Shown here one piece after another: positions 50,191-60,630 of a stretch of DNA of 64,000 nucleotides; position 1 is the stretch's first letter; each line of letters opens with the position of its first letter. The notes under the pieces were generated by a model, which saw only the letters and a program-made list of their open reading frames with translations, was not told the origin of the DNA and searched no databases. The translations under genes and the position numbers were made by a program. The stretch covers positions 6,138,001-6,202,000 of the forward strand of contig CM075989.1 of assembly GCA_038087875.1 (NCBI GenBank), written 5' to 3'. Source of the stretch: Malacoraja senta (lineage: Eukaryota).

Positions 50191-52130
50191 TAAAGATGAA
50201 GCAATATTTGCAAGCAATGAATCTGAGCGTTTAATTACAATCTCACAGTGTGAATATTTTATGTGCCTTTCACTATAAGGGAAAGAGACACGGATAGTTT
50301 TAAGGGAAAGGTTCTGCCAGCATGTTTGCCTTTCTGGGAGTCGGTTTGCGGTGGAAATGATTTTCTGTGACTCTGGAAGTTAGGTTTGCCGCGGCACAGA
50401 GCGCCATTGTCCGTTTGGCAAAGTCGGGGTGAAAGGAAACGGGTGCGTTCGGCCCATTGTATCCCCACTGCCTGGACCGAAGGGTCACGGCTCATTGAAG
50501 CATTTGGTGACCTTTCGTTAGCTCGCCCTTGCATTGTGTGTGCCTGGGTTTTTGCAGGTGCACTGCTGGGGCTTTTCATGTGCAAAGTGTTAGGGAGGGA
50601 ATGTGGTAAGTAGAGAACGCGCGCAAGTGGAAAACTGAACTGAGTGTGGCAAGGGTTATATTTGAAAGTGGCCTTTCAAAGCAAGTCTAAAGACAGAACG
50701 GCCGTTGCTAAGCACTGAGTTCAGATATGTTGATTAAGTAGAATGTCTGAGAGACACTTCGAGAGAAAGCCTTCCTGCCTTTTTTCCCAGAAACTAGTGG
50801 CTGAAAACCCATTGTATCTAAATACAAGTGATTTATTGCGTCCTACTAGTCCCTGAATAAACCTCCTTTGAATCTCTCTTCAAATAATCTCGGAATTAAT
50901 AGGAATGTTTTTCTAGCTGCAGCAATGTAAATTCGGGGCATAGCCCAGCGAATTTTCTACAGGGCACTTCATATCAAATTATGTCAACATGTCTTTCTAC
51001 TTGCAGGATCTCTGAATGCATTGCTGTCAATGCCATTGTCACAAGCGCAGGACAACACAATGCGGAATTGTAGTGCAAAGGTTTTTGACTTGCATGCAGG
51101 CTTTTTATTAGTCGGGCGGCTGGGCAGGATGCGAAATGTGTCTTAAAACATTGGGTTTGCATTTTACAATCTGTTTGTCAAGGCTGTAAGCGAATTGTAT
51201 CCATTTTGTATGCTAATTTCATGAATCAAATGGAACAAAAAAACGTTGCCTTTGTTAAATAGTTTTAAAAGGTCTATCTCCCCAAATGTCCCCTATTGAG
51301 ATCAATGGAACGAATGATCCATTTTGATGCGAAATGGAAATGTGATCTCCACTGAGGTCCCAGCACCGATTCCTGTGTATAGTGCCGATCCACAGTGTAT
51401 AGAAGTTGGGAGGTCATGTTACAGTTGTGCACGACATTAGGAGTACCAGTCAGTCAGAAGAAGGGTCTCGACCTGAAACCTTACCCATTCCTTCTGTCCA
51501 GAGATGCTGCCTGTCCCACTGAGTTACTCCAGCATTTTCTGTTAGGACACCCTGTAATAGGAAGATATTATTAAGCTGGAAAGGTTGCAAAGAAGATTTA
51601 CAATGATGTTGCCTGGACTCAAGGGCCTGAGCTACAGAGAAAGGTTGAGCAGGCTAGGACTTTCTTCCTTGGAGCACAGGAGGATGAGGAGTGATTTTAT
51701 TGAGGTGTATAAGATCACGAGAGAAATTGATAGGGAAATGCACAGAGCCTTTTACCCAGAGTAAGGTGATCAAGAACCAAAGTACGTAGGTTTATGGTGA
51801 AGGGGGGGAAAAGATTTAATAGGAACCCGAGGAAAACCTTTTTAATACAACGGGTGGTAGGTATATGGATAAAGCTGCCAGAGAAGGTAGTTGTGACTGT
51901 CACAACATTTAAAAAACATCTGGACAAGTACAAGGGTAGGGCAGGATTAGAGGGATATGGGCCAAACGCAGGCAGGTGGGACTAGTGCAGAAGGGACATG
52001 TTGGCCGGTGTGGGCAAATTGGGTTAAAGGGCCTATTTCCATGCTGTATCACTCTATGATTATGACTTTATAACACCACTTGTCACAGACTCCTGACAGA
52101 GAAACACCCCTCCACCAATACCCACTGCCT

Positions 52131-52738
52131 CCCCCCCTCGACTCCATCCAAGGACCCCCTCCCCAGGTACCTTCTTCTGCAGGAGATGCAGCACCTGTCC
52201 CTTTACCTCCCCCAGGACCCAAGCAGTCATTCCAGGTGAGGCAGAGGTTCACTTGCACCTCCTTCAACCTCATCTACTGTATCCGCTGTTCCAGGTGTCA
52301 ACTTCTCTACATCGGCGAGACCAAGCGCAGGCTGCACCTGACCACCTCCGCTCAGTCCGTCTTAACCCACCTGATCTCCCGGTGGCCCAGCACTTCAACT
52401 CCCATTCCCAATCTGACCTTTCTGTCCTGGGCCTCCTCCGTTGTCAGAGTGAGGCCCAGCACAAATTGGAGGAACAGCACCTCATATTTCACTTGGTTAG
52501 CTTACACCCCAGCGGTATGAACAATGACTTCTCTAACTTCAGATATCCCTGGCTTTCTCTCTCTCTCCATCCACTTCCCAGTTCTCCCACCAGTCTTAGT
52601 GTCTCCGCCTGCATTCTATCTTTGTCCCACCCCCTCCCCTGACATCAGTCTGAAGAAGGATCTCGACTAGAAACGTTGCCCATTCCTTCTCTCCAGAGAT
52701 GCTGCCTCACCCGCTGAGTTACTCCAGCGTTTTGTGTC
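52131..52738 (+). mobile_element. 5'-truncated PLE (GIY-YIG remnant plus terminal repeat) with a 12-bp TSD
   Basis: GPKQSFQVRQRFTCTSFNLIYCIRCSRCQLLYIGETKRRL; tacccactgcct 52119-30 / 52739-50. Confidence 0.88.
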
Positions 52739-53429
52739 TACCCACTGCCTTCCAAGGCCAAGCCAGTTTTTGATTGACTGAAAGAGACGGAATGGAAACA
52801 GGGCCACCGAGTCCACGCTGACTATCGATCATCCATACACACTAGTTCTGTGTAATCCCAGTGTCACATCCACTCCCTACACATCGAGGAGTTGGCGGTC
52901 TTTGCTGGAGACCGACTTCGAGAGCTCCACCGGTGGGAGCCTGCGGACTTTAACATCATGGAGCTCGCGGTCTCTGGTCAGAGACCGACTTCGGGAACTC
53001 AAACCAGGAGCTTCGACTGCCCCGACCCCGGGAGGAAAAGGAGGGAAAAAGATTAGACTTTATTGCCTTCCACCACAGTGAGGAATGTGGGGAATCCACT
53101 GTGGTGGATGTTTACGTCAACTTTTATGGAGTTGTGTGTCTTGTTGCTTTTTTAGTACAGCTGTATGATAATTTGCATATCAATGTACCTTAATTGGTAC
53201 ACGTGACAATAAAAGACCTTTGAAACCTTTGAATTTACAGTGGCCAATTAACCTCCAAACCCACACGCTTTGGGATGTGGGAGGAAACCGGAACACCCAG
53301 AGGTGCAAACCCTGAAGTGAGCCTGAGCTGAAACGTCGCCGATCCATGTTCACGAGAGATGCTGCCTGTCCCGCTGAGTTACTCCAGCACGCTGTTTTAT
53401 GATGTTGCCAAATGGTTTTATTATTCTCG

Positions 53430-53640
53430 TTGTGTTCAGCTGTGGCTCAGTTAATAGCTGAGTCAGCAGATTGTGGTTTCAAGACTGGATAGACTTGAAC
53501 ACGATAATCTAGCCTCACATTTTAACGGGACATCGAGAGAGTGCGAGACTCTCAGAGCAGCCCGCTTCCGGATGATAGGTCAAACTGACCTCAGTTAGAG
53601 GCGAGCATTGAAGGAAGGCAAGGGGTTAGCCACTGTGTGC
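53430..53640 (+). mobile_element. Degenerate tRNA-headed Deu-SINE 5' half; may continue at ~54100-54180
   Basis: cagctgtggctcagtt...ctgagtcagcagattgtggtttcaag...agacttgaacac..aatctag resembles the recalled SacSINE-type head. Confidence 0.55.
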
Positions 53641-53868
53641 TTCTCGAAGATAGACACAAAAAGCTGGAGTAACTCAGCGGGTCAGTCGGCATCTCAGAAA
53701 AAAAGGGATAGGTGACGTTTCCGGTCTGAAGAATGGTCTCAACCCAAAACGTCACCTGTTCCTTCGCTCCAGAGATGCTGTCTGACCCGTTGAGTTACTC
53801 CAGCTTTTTGTGTCTATCTTCGGTTTAAACCAGCATCTGTAGTTCCTTCCTGCACATTTTGTGTGTTA

Positions 53869-54095
53869 AGGGCCTGTCCCACTTGGGCGTCATTTGCACG
53901 TCACGCAGATGGCGCGCGAAGATTTTGTACATCCCAAAATCCTGGGACACCGCATGCGATCGCGCATCACTGCCTAGGTCACCACGAACCACGCGCGTGT
54001 AATGCACACCATGCGCGCATCACGCTCGCGGCACGACACGCATAAATGATGATGCGTAAATTACGCGCAAATGATGCCCAAGTGGGACAGGCCCT
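53869..54095. mobile_element. Harbinger-type MITE, family A
   Basis: TIR AGGGCCTGTCCCACTTGGGC; TTA TSD 53866-68 / 54096-98. Confidence 0.88.
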
Positions 54096-54174
54096 TTAGT
54101 TGATGTTGATTCATCAATGTCCTTGGTTGATGACATATCACTTCCCTGTTGGTGACAGGTTGCTGCATGCAAGT

Positions 54175-54665
54175 GGAGGTTTACGGGAATGACCCCAGGA
54201 ATAATTGCGTTAGCATGTGATGAGCGTTTGACGGCACTGCGCCTGTACTTGCTGGAGTATATAAGGATGAAGTGGGACCCTCATTGAATAGTGAAAGGCC
54301 TGGATAGAGTGGATGTGGAGAGGATGTTTCCACTAGTGGGAAAGTCACAGAGAGACTCCTCTAGGAGAGCCACAGCCTCAGAATAAAAGTACATACTTTT
54401 AGAAAGGAGCAGAGGAGGAATTTCTTTAGTCAGCGGGTGGTGAATCTGTGGAATTCATTGCCATGGATGGCTGTGGAGGCCAAGTCATTAGATATTTTTA
54501 AGGCAGAGATTGACAGATTCTTGATTAGTACGGGTGTCAGGGGTTGTGGGGAGAAGGCGGGAGAATGGGGTTGAGAGGGAAAGATCGATCAGCCATGATT
54601 GAATGGTGGATTAGTCTTAATGGGCCGAATGGCCTAATTCTGCTCCAAGAACTAGTGAACTTATG
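54175..54665 (+). mobile_element. CR1 3' fragment
   Basis: GLDRVDVERMFPLVG...NFFSQRVVNLWNSLP plus 3'UTR. Confidence 0.85.
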
Positions 54666-56338
54666 AACTTACTGTATGCTGCATTTTCTACATTGCCTGT
54701 AGAATGGTCCGGTTTTTCTGACATTAGGATCAACACAACACACATGCAGGACTTCAATGAGTACTAAATACCCCCAGAACACGAGATGAGATCTTTCAAG
54801 GAGTCAAAATGGTGTAAATCAACATTGTAAGATAACATGTAGACACAAGGAACTGCAGATGCCAGTTTACAAAAAAAGACACAAAGCGTGGAGTAACTCA
54901 GCGTGTCAGGCAGCATCTCTGGGGAACATGGATAGCTGTCGTTTCAGGTCGGGACCCCCTATCGATGTCCCCATTGTAAAATGACAATTACGTCTTTCTG
55001 CGAACTTCAGCAACCATTTTATTTTCAAACTCACAAAATCCCGACATAAAATATGACTCTTTTTCAGCTGGCTGACCTTCAGATAGTTCCCAAGTTAATT
55101 TGGTTTTTGAACTGCTTTCCTGGCTTGTTTGGGTGATCAATCAGCTTCCATACTCATTCTCTGTCCCCTGCGTGCTTACTGTAACCACGTGTGTCTAATC
55201 TGTGCCCTGTCTCTAATAACCGCTTTAATCCGTTTCAATCACCTGAATGGTATTGTTCCATTTTCTGGATGTGTCTGTAAATTGCTGTCAGCGCTCCTCT
55301 GCTTCCATTACTTCATCTGCTCCTCCTCCTCCTCCTCCTCCTCTCTTGCAGCTTGGACTTTGATTAACTTCAGTCTCTCATCCACAGAGCACGTTTTGTC
55401 ACCTTCACAAAGAAGCGATCTGAGCCAGGCAACTGCCAGCCGCCCGGTCCCGCTCCATCACGTGTACTGACCTCCCCACCATCGAAAGGATCTACAGCAG
55501 TTGGTGCCTCAAAATGGCAGCCAGCACATGAGTGACCCACACCCCCCTGGCCCACGCTCTCCTTTAATGCCTAACAATGGAAAGAAGGTACAGTAACCTG
55601 AAAACCATGACCTCCAGCTTCAGGGACAGCTTCTTCCCAACAACCATCAGGCTACTGAACGCTACGAACTCCAACTAAACTCCAAACTACGAACTGCCTT
55701 GATTGTCAGGGACTTCGGGCTTTGTTTTGTTTGTTTATTTATTTATTTATTTGTTGCACTTGTTTTATTTGCTTCTTATATTATCTGTAGAACACTGTGT
55801 TGACAAACCTATTTGCTGCCGCAAGTAAGAATTTCATTGTTCCATTTCTGTACGTATGACAATGAGACGCCACGGTGGCGCAGCGGTAGAGTTGCCGCCT
55901 TGCGCCGCTTGCAGAGCCGGACACCCGGGTTCGATCCCGACTGCGGGTGCTGTCTGTACGGGGTTGTATGTTCTCACCGTGACCCGCGTGGGTTTTCTCC
56001 GAGATCTTCGGTTTCCTCCCACACTCCAAAGACGTACAGGTTTGTAGGCAAATTGGCTTGGTAAATAGAAAAATTGTCCCGTGTGTGCGGAGGAAAGTGT
56101 TAATATGTGGGGATCGCTGGTCATCGCGGACCGAAGGGCCTGTTTCCGTGCTGTATCTCTAAACTAAAACTAAAAAACATTCTTGACTCTTGGCTCTCTT
56201 GAGATTGGCTAATCTCCTCACACCCAACGTGAAGCCCACTGATCACTTCCGTTCTCATGTAGTAACAGTGTGGGTACACAAAAATGCTGGAGAAACTCAG
56301 CGGGTGCAGCCAGCATCTATGGAGCGAAGGAAATAGGC

Positions 56339-56366
56339 AACGTTTCGGGCCGAAACCCTTCTTCAG
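56339..56366 (-). ncRNA. Minimal hammerhead ribozyme core in the PLE terminal repeat
   Basis: RNA reads CUGAAGA-A-GGGU(UUCG)GCCC-GAAAC-GUU. Confidence 0.7.
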
Positions 56367-57235
56367 ACTGAGAAGAAGGGAGAAGTGGGGAGAAGAAAGG
56401 AAAAAAGGAAAAAAGGCGGAGGAGGAGCCCAAGGGCTGGGGGAGGGGAGGAGACAACCCGAGGGCTGATGAAGGGGAGGGGACAGCAAGGGCTAGCAGAA
56501 TTGGGAGAATTCAATGTTCATGCCCCTAGGATGTAGACTGCCCAAGCGGAATATCAGGTGCATTTCCTCCAATTTCCGGTGTTGCTCGCTGTGGCCATGG
56601 AGGAGACCCAGGACAGAGAGGTCAGATACGGAATGGGAGGGGGAGTTGAAGTGCTAAGCCACCGGGAGGTCAGGTTGGTTATTGCGGACCGACTGGAGGT
56701 GTTCGGCGAGTGGTGGGGTGTAGATGTAGATCAGCTGACATCTAGAGCAGCGGATGCAATAGATGAGGTTGGAGGAGATGCAGGTGAACCTCTGTCGCAC
56801 CTGGAACGACTGCTTGGGTCCTTGAATGGAGTCAAGGGGGGAGGTGAAGGGACAAGTGTTGCATCTCTTGCGGTTGCAAGGGAAAGTACCCGGGGAGGGG
56901 GTGGTATGGGAGGGAAGGGAAGAATTGACAAGGAAGTTACGGAGGGAGCGGTCTTTGCGGAAGGCAGACATGGGGGGGGATGGGAAGATGTGGCGAGTGG
57001 TGGGGTCACGTTGGAGGTGGCGAAACTGACGGAGGATCACTTGTTGTATGTGACGGCTGGTGGGGTGAAAGGTGAGGACTAGGGGGACTCTGCCCTTGTT
57101 GTGAGTGGGGGGATGTGGAGAGAGAGCAGTGTTGCGGGGTATGGCAGAGACCCTAGTGCGAGCCTCATCTATGGTGGAGGAGGGGAACCCCCGTTCCCTA
57201 AAAAATGAGGACATTTCGGATGCTCTTGTGTGGAA

Positions 57236-57447
57236 CGTAGATGATATGTGCATGTACCTTTAACATAATGACCTCACCACTACTAACCACTCCCCACATC
57301 ATCAGTATAATTACAACCTTCTCACCCAGTTCTCTCTCTCTGGTTCCGGTGACAGACCACGGACAGCTAGGGCAGAAACCTACGTGTATAATGTGTAGTA
57401 TGAATAAACAGAAGTAAAGAAACAGTGCGTTATGACACATCTTTACA
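57236..57447 (+). mobile_element. Candidate solo LTR inserted in the PLE ORF
   Basis: tggaa duplicated on both flanks; ends (c)GTAGATG...CATCTTTACA; AATAAA at 57403-08. Confidence 0.5.
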
Positions 57448-59667
57448 TGGAACGCCTCATCCTGGGAGCAGATGTGGCATAGACGGAGGAATTGGGAGTG
57501 GGGGATGGAGTCCTTACAGGAAGCAGGGTGGGAAGAAGTGTAGTCCAGATAGCCATGGGAGTCGGTAGGTTTGTAGTGGATGTCGGTAAGATGTCTATCA
57601 CCTGCGATGGAGATAGTGAGGTCAAGGAATGGTAGGGAAGTGTCGGAAATGGTCCAGGTGTATTTGAGTGCCGGATGGAAGTTGGTGGTGAAGCGGATGA
57701 AGTCAGTCAGTTGTGTGTGGGTGCAGGAGGTGGCACCAAAACAGTCATCGATGTAGCGGAGGTAGAGGTCGGGGATGGGGCCCAGATATGTATTTAACAA
57801 GGATTGTTCTACGTACCCGACAAAGAGGCAGGTGTAGCTGGGGCCCATGCGTGTGCCCATAGCTACGCCTTGTATTTGGAGGAAATGGGAGGAGTCAAAT
57901 GAGAAGTTATTGAGGGTAAGGACCAGCTCCGCTAGGCGGAGGAGGGTGTCAGTGGCCGGGTATAGGTTGCTTCTCTGGTTGAGGAAAAACCGGAGGGCTT
58001 CAAGACCATCCTGGTGGGGGATGGAGGTGTACAGTGACTGGACGTCCATGGTGAAGATGAGGGGGTGAGGGCCTAGAGAGTGGATTGCGCGGAGATGACG
58101 GAGAGTGTCTGAGGTGTGTTGAACATAGGTAGGGAGGGATTTAACCAAGGGAACAGTGTGGGGTCTTCACTGTTGATAGAGCTGAGATGGATCGATTACC
58201 GCCTGAACAATTGTGTCCCCTCTGTTCCCAGGCTTCTGTATCACCCTTCTATAAAGTAGGGTACTGTCCGATTCACCTCTAACTCACTGCAGACATTGGA
58301 CTTTGTTTCTGGAACAGGTGCGCTACAATGCTGAGAACTATATTCTGCACTCTGCATCTTCCCCTTTGCACTACCTATTGTACGAGTTTAGACTTTCGAG
58401 ATACTGCGCAGAAACAGGCCCTTTGGCCCATCGCGTCTGCACCGTACATGAACGCTACCCTACACACACGAGGGACAATTTACAATTTTACTGAAGCCAA
58501 TTAACCTACAAACCTGTTCGTCTTTGGAGTGTGGGAGGAACCTGGAGCACCCGGAGAAAACCCACACGGTCACAGGGAGAAAAATACAAACTCCGTACAG
58601 ACAGCACCTGCAGACAGAATCGAACCTGGGACTCCGGCGATGTAAGGCAGCAACTCTACCGCTGCGCCACTGTGTCGCCCCTTATGGACAGTAATATCTG
58701 ATTTTGTTGCATTGAATGCATCACCAAGCTTCTCACTGTGGAGCAGTACATGTGACAATAACAATCCTAAACCTTTCAATATATATATGGCTTTCTTGGC
58801 CATTTCATTGGGTTTGTTTGGAGTCAGCCATATGGTCTTAGCATCAAAATGAAGGACAGGAGATATCATTTCTGAAATAAAAATAGAAAATGGTGGAAAT
58901 ACCAAGCAGATCAGTCGGTATCCGTGGAAAGGGAAATAGAGTAAACATTTTACCCCAGCCTGCCCTGCCCTTGCAACATCTTTGATTCTTATTACAAATT
59001 TCCAGCATCTGCAGTTTTTGGTGGTGGGTATATGGAGCGAGCTGCAAGACGAGGTAGTTGACGCAGGTACAATAACATTTAAAAGACACTTGTAGATGGA
59101 TAGGAAAGGTTTAGAGGGATATGGGCCAAATGAGGTTAGATTAGCCGCAAAATGCTGGAGTAACAACAAACAGGCAGCATCTCGAGAGAGAACGAATGGG
59201 AGACGTTTAGGGTCGAGACCCTTCTTCAGACGGGATTACTTTAATTTAGTTTAGTTTTGTATCGAGATACAACGCGGAAACAGGCCGTTCGGCCCACCGA
59301 GTCTGTGCCGACCAGCGGTCCCCGCACATTAACACTATCCTACACACACTAGGGACAATTTACACATACACCAAGCCAATTAACCAACAAACCTGTACGT
59401 CTTTGGAGTGTGAAAGGAAACCGAAGGTCTCGGAGAAAACCCACGTGGTCACAGGGAGAACATACAAACTCCTTACAGACAGCACCCATCGTCGGGATCG
59501 AACCCGGGTCTCCAGCGTTGTAAGCGCTGTAAGGCAACACTCTACCTCTGTGCCACCATGCCATCCAATTAGATTAGATTAGATTAGATTGGACTAGATT
59601 AGATGGGGCATGTTGGTTAACATGGAGGAGTTGGGCCGAAGTGCCTGCTTCGGGTGCCGGATGACCA

Positions 59668-59887
59668 TATTATTATTATTATTATTATTATTATTTATTA
59701 TTAACATTATACGTATGGGCGCCTTTCAAAGACTCTCAAGGACGCCTTACAAAATTTAACAAGCAGATTACAAAACATATAAGCAGAATAAAACAAAAAA
59801 CAAAAAAAATAGTAGGGACATCAACAACGCACAATTCAAAGCTAATCGCGCCAGTGTTCACTTTCCCTTCCGGCAGCCATCTTGGGG
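59668..59887 (-). mobile_element. Short bipartite L2-tailed non-autonomous element; a second copy lies at 61460-61708 (+)
   Basis: Starts caagatggc(t/g)g; ends aaggcgtccttgag...aggcgccca...(ATT)n. Confidence 0.6.
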
Positions 59888-60387
59888 ACAAAATAAAGAG
59901 AACATCTTTTAACATTGAACATCCACCACAGTGACTCCTACACACTCCTCCACTGTGGTCAAGGCAAAATATAGTTCAAGCCCTTCCCCTTGTCGTGACT
60001 GAAAACTGACAGCCATGGTTTATAAAGTCACATGGCAGGCACAATATTAATCTCAGGGACAATATGGAAGGGCCGTAATAAACATCATCCATTATTGGCC
60101 AAAATATGAATCTGATGCTTCCGATAAACCATCTCCTCGCCCATTAATCAGGTGCTGATATTTTACAGCAGAGTGAGGTTAGTTTCAGCCTTCTGCCCGC
60201 CGAGAAAACCCTGTGGACATCTACCGATGAAGATCTGTGGCTTATGGTGGGGGTTTTAATGGGAAGGATTTATTTTTATTTCCAAGGAAAATTCCTTCCC
60301 TGGGATGAGAAGGAAGATTTTAATCGGGAACAACTTAAGGAAGAGACCATCCATGGGCAATGGGCGATTACATTTCTCTGAGCCTGA

Positions 60388-60630
60388 AGGGCCTGAACCA
60401 CTTGGGCATCATTTGCGCGTCACGCAGGTGGCGCGCGAAGAATTTGTGAATCCCGAAATCCTGGGGCGCTGCGCGCGACCTTGAGTCACTGCCTACGTCA
60501 CCACGCAGCATGCGCGCGTAATGCACGCCGTGCGCGTGTATTGCTTGCCGTGCGCGTGTAATGCTCGCTATGCATGCGTCGTGCGTCATGCGTCGTGACG
60601 CGCAAATGACACCCAGGTGGGACAGGCCCT
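60388..60630. mobile_element. Harbinger-type MITE, family A
   Basis: Imperfect TIRs; TGA TSD 60385-87 / 60631-33. Confidence 0.85.

Larger units (their letters stand above)
56275..58151 (-). pseudogene. Neptune-type PLE, 5'-truncated: RT, Cys-rich linker, GIY-YIG and terminal repeat with hammerhead core
   Basis: RT motifs TMDVQSLYTSIP, NNFSF, QIQGVAMGTRMGPSY, YLRYIDD; linker CNRKRCNTC; NLIYCIRC..C.LIYI; TSD aacagtgtggg 56264-74 / 58152-62; disrupted by an insert and a deletion. Confidence 0.93.

Noticed and set aside
55190..55370. Otx/Crx-type TAATC cluster as a retinal enhancer
   Set aside because: Only one full TAATCC; too weak without conservation data
56275..58151. Active autonomous Penelope-like element or a telomerase-like host gene
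   Set aside because: 5'-truncated, split by an insert and deleted within GIY-YIG; flanked by a TSD
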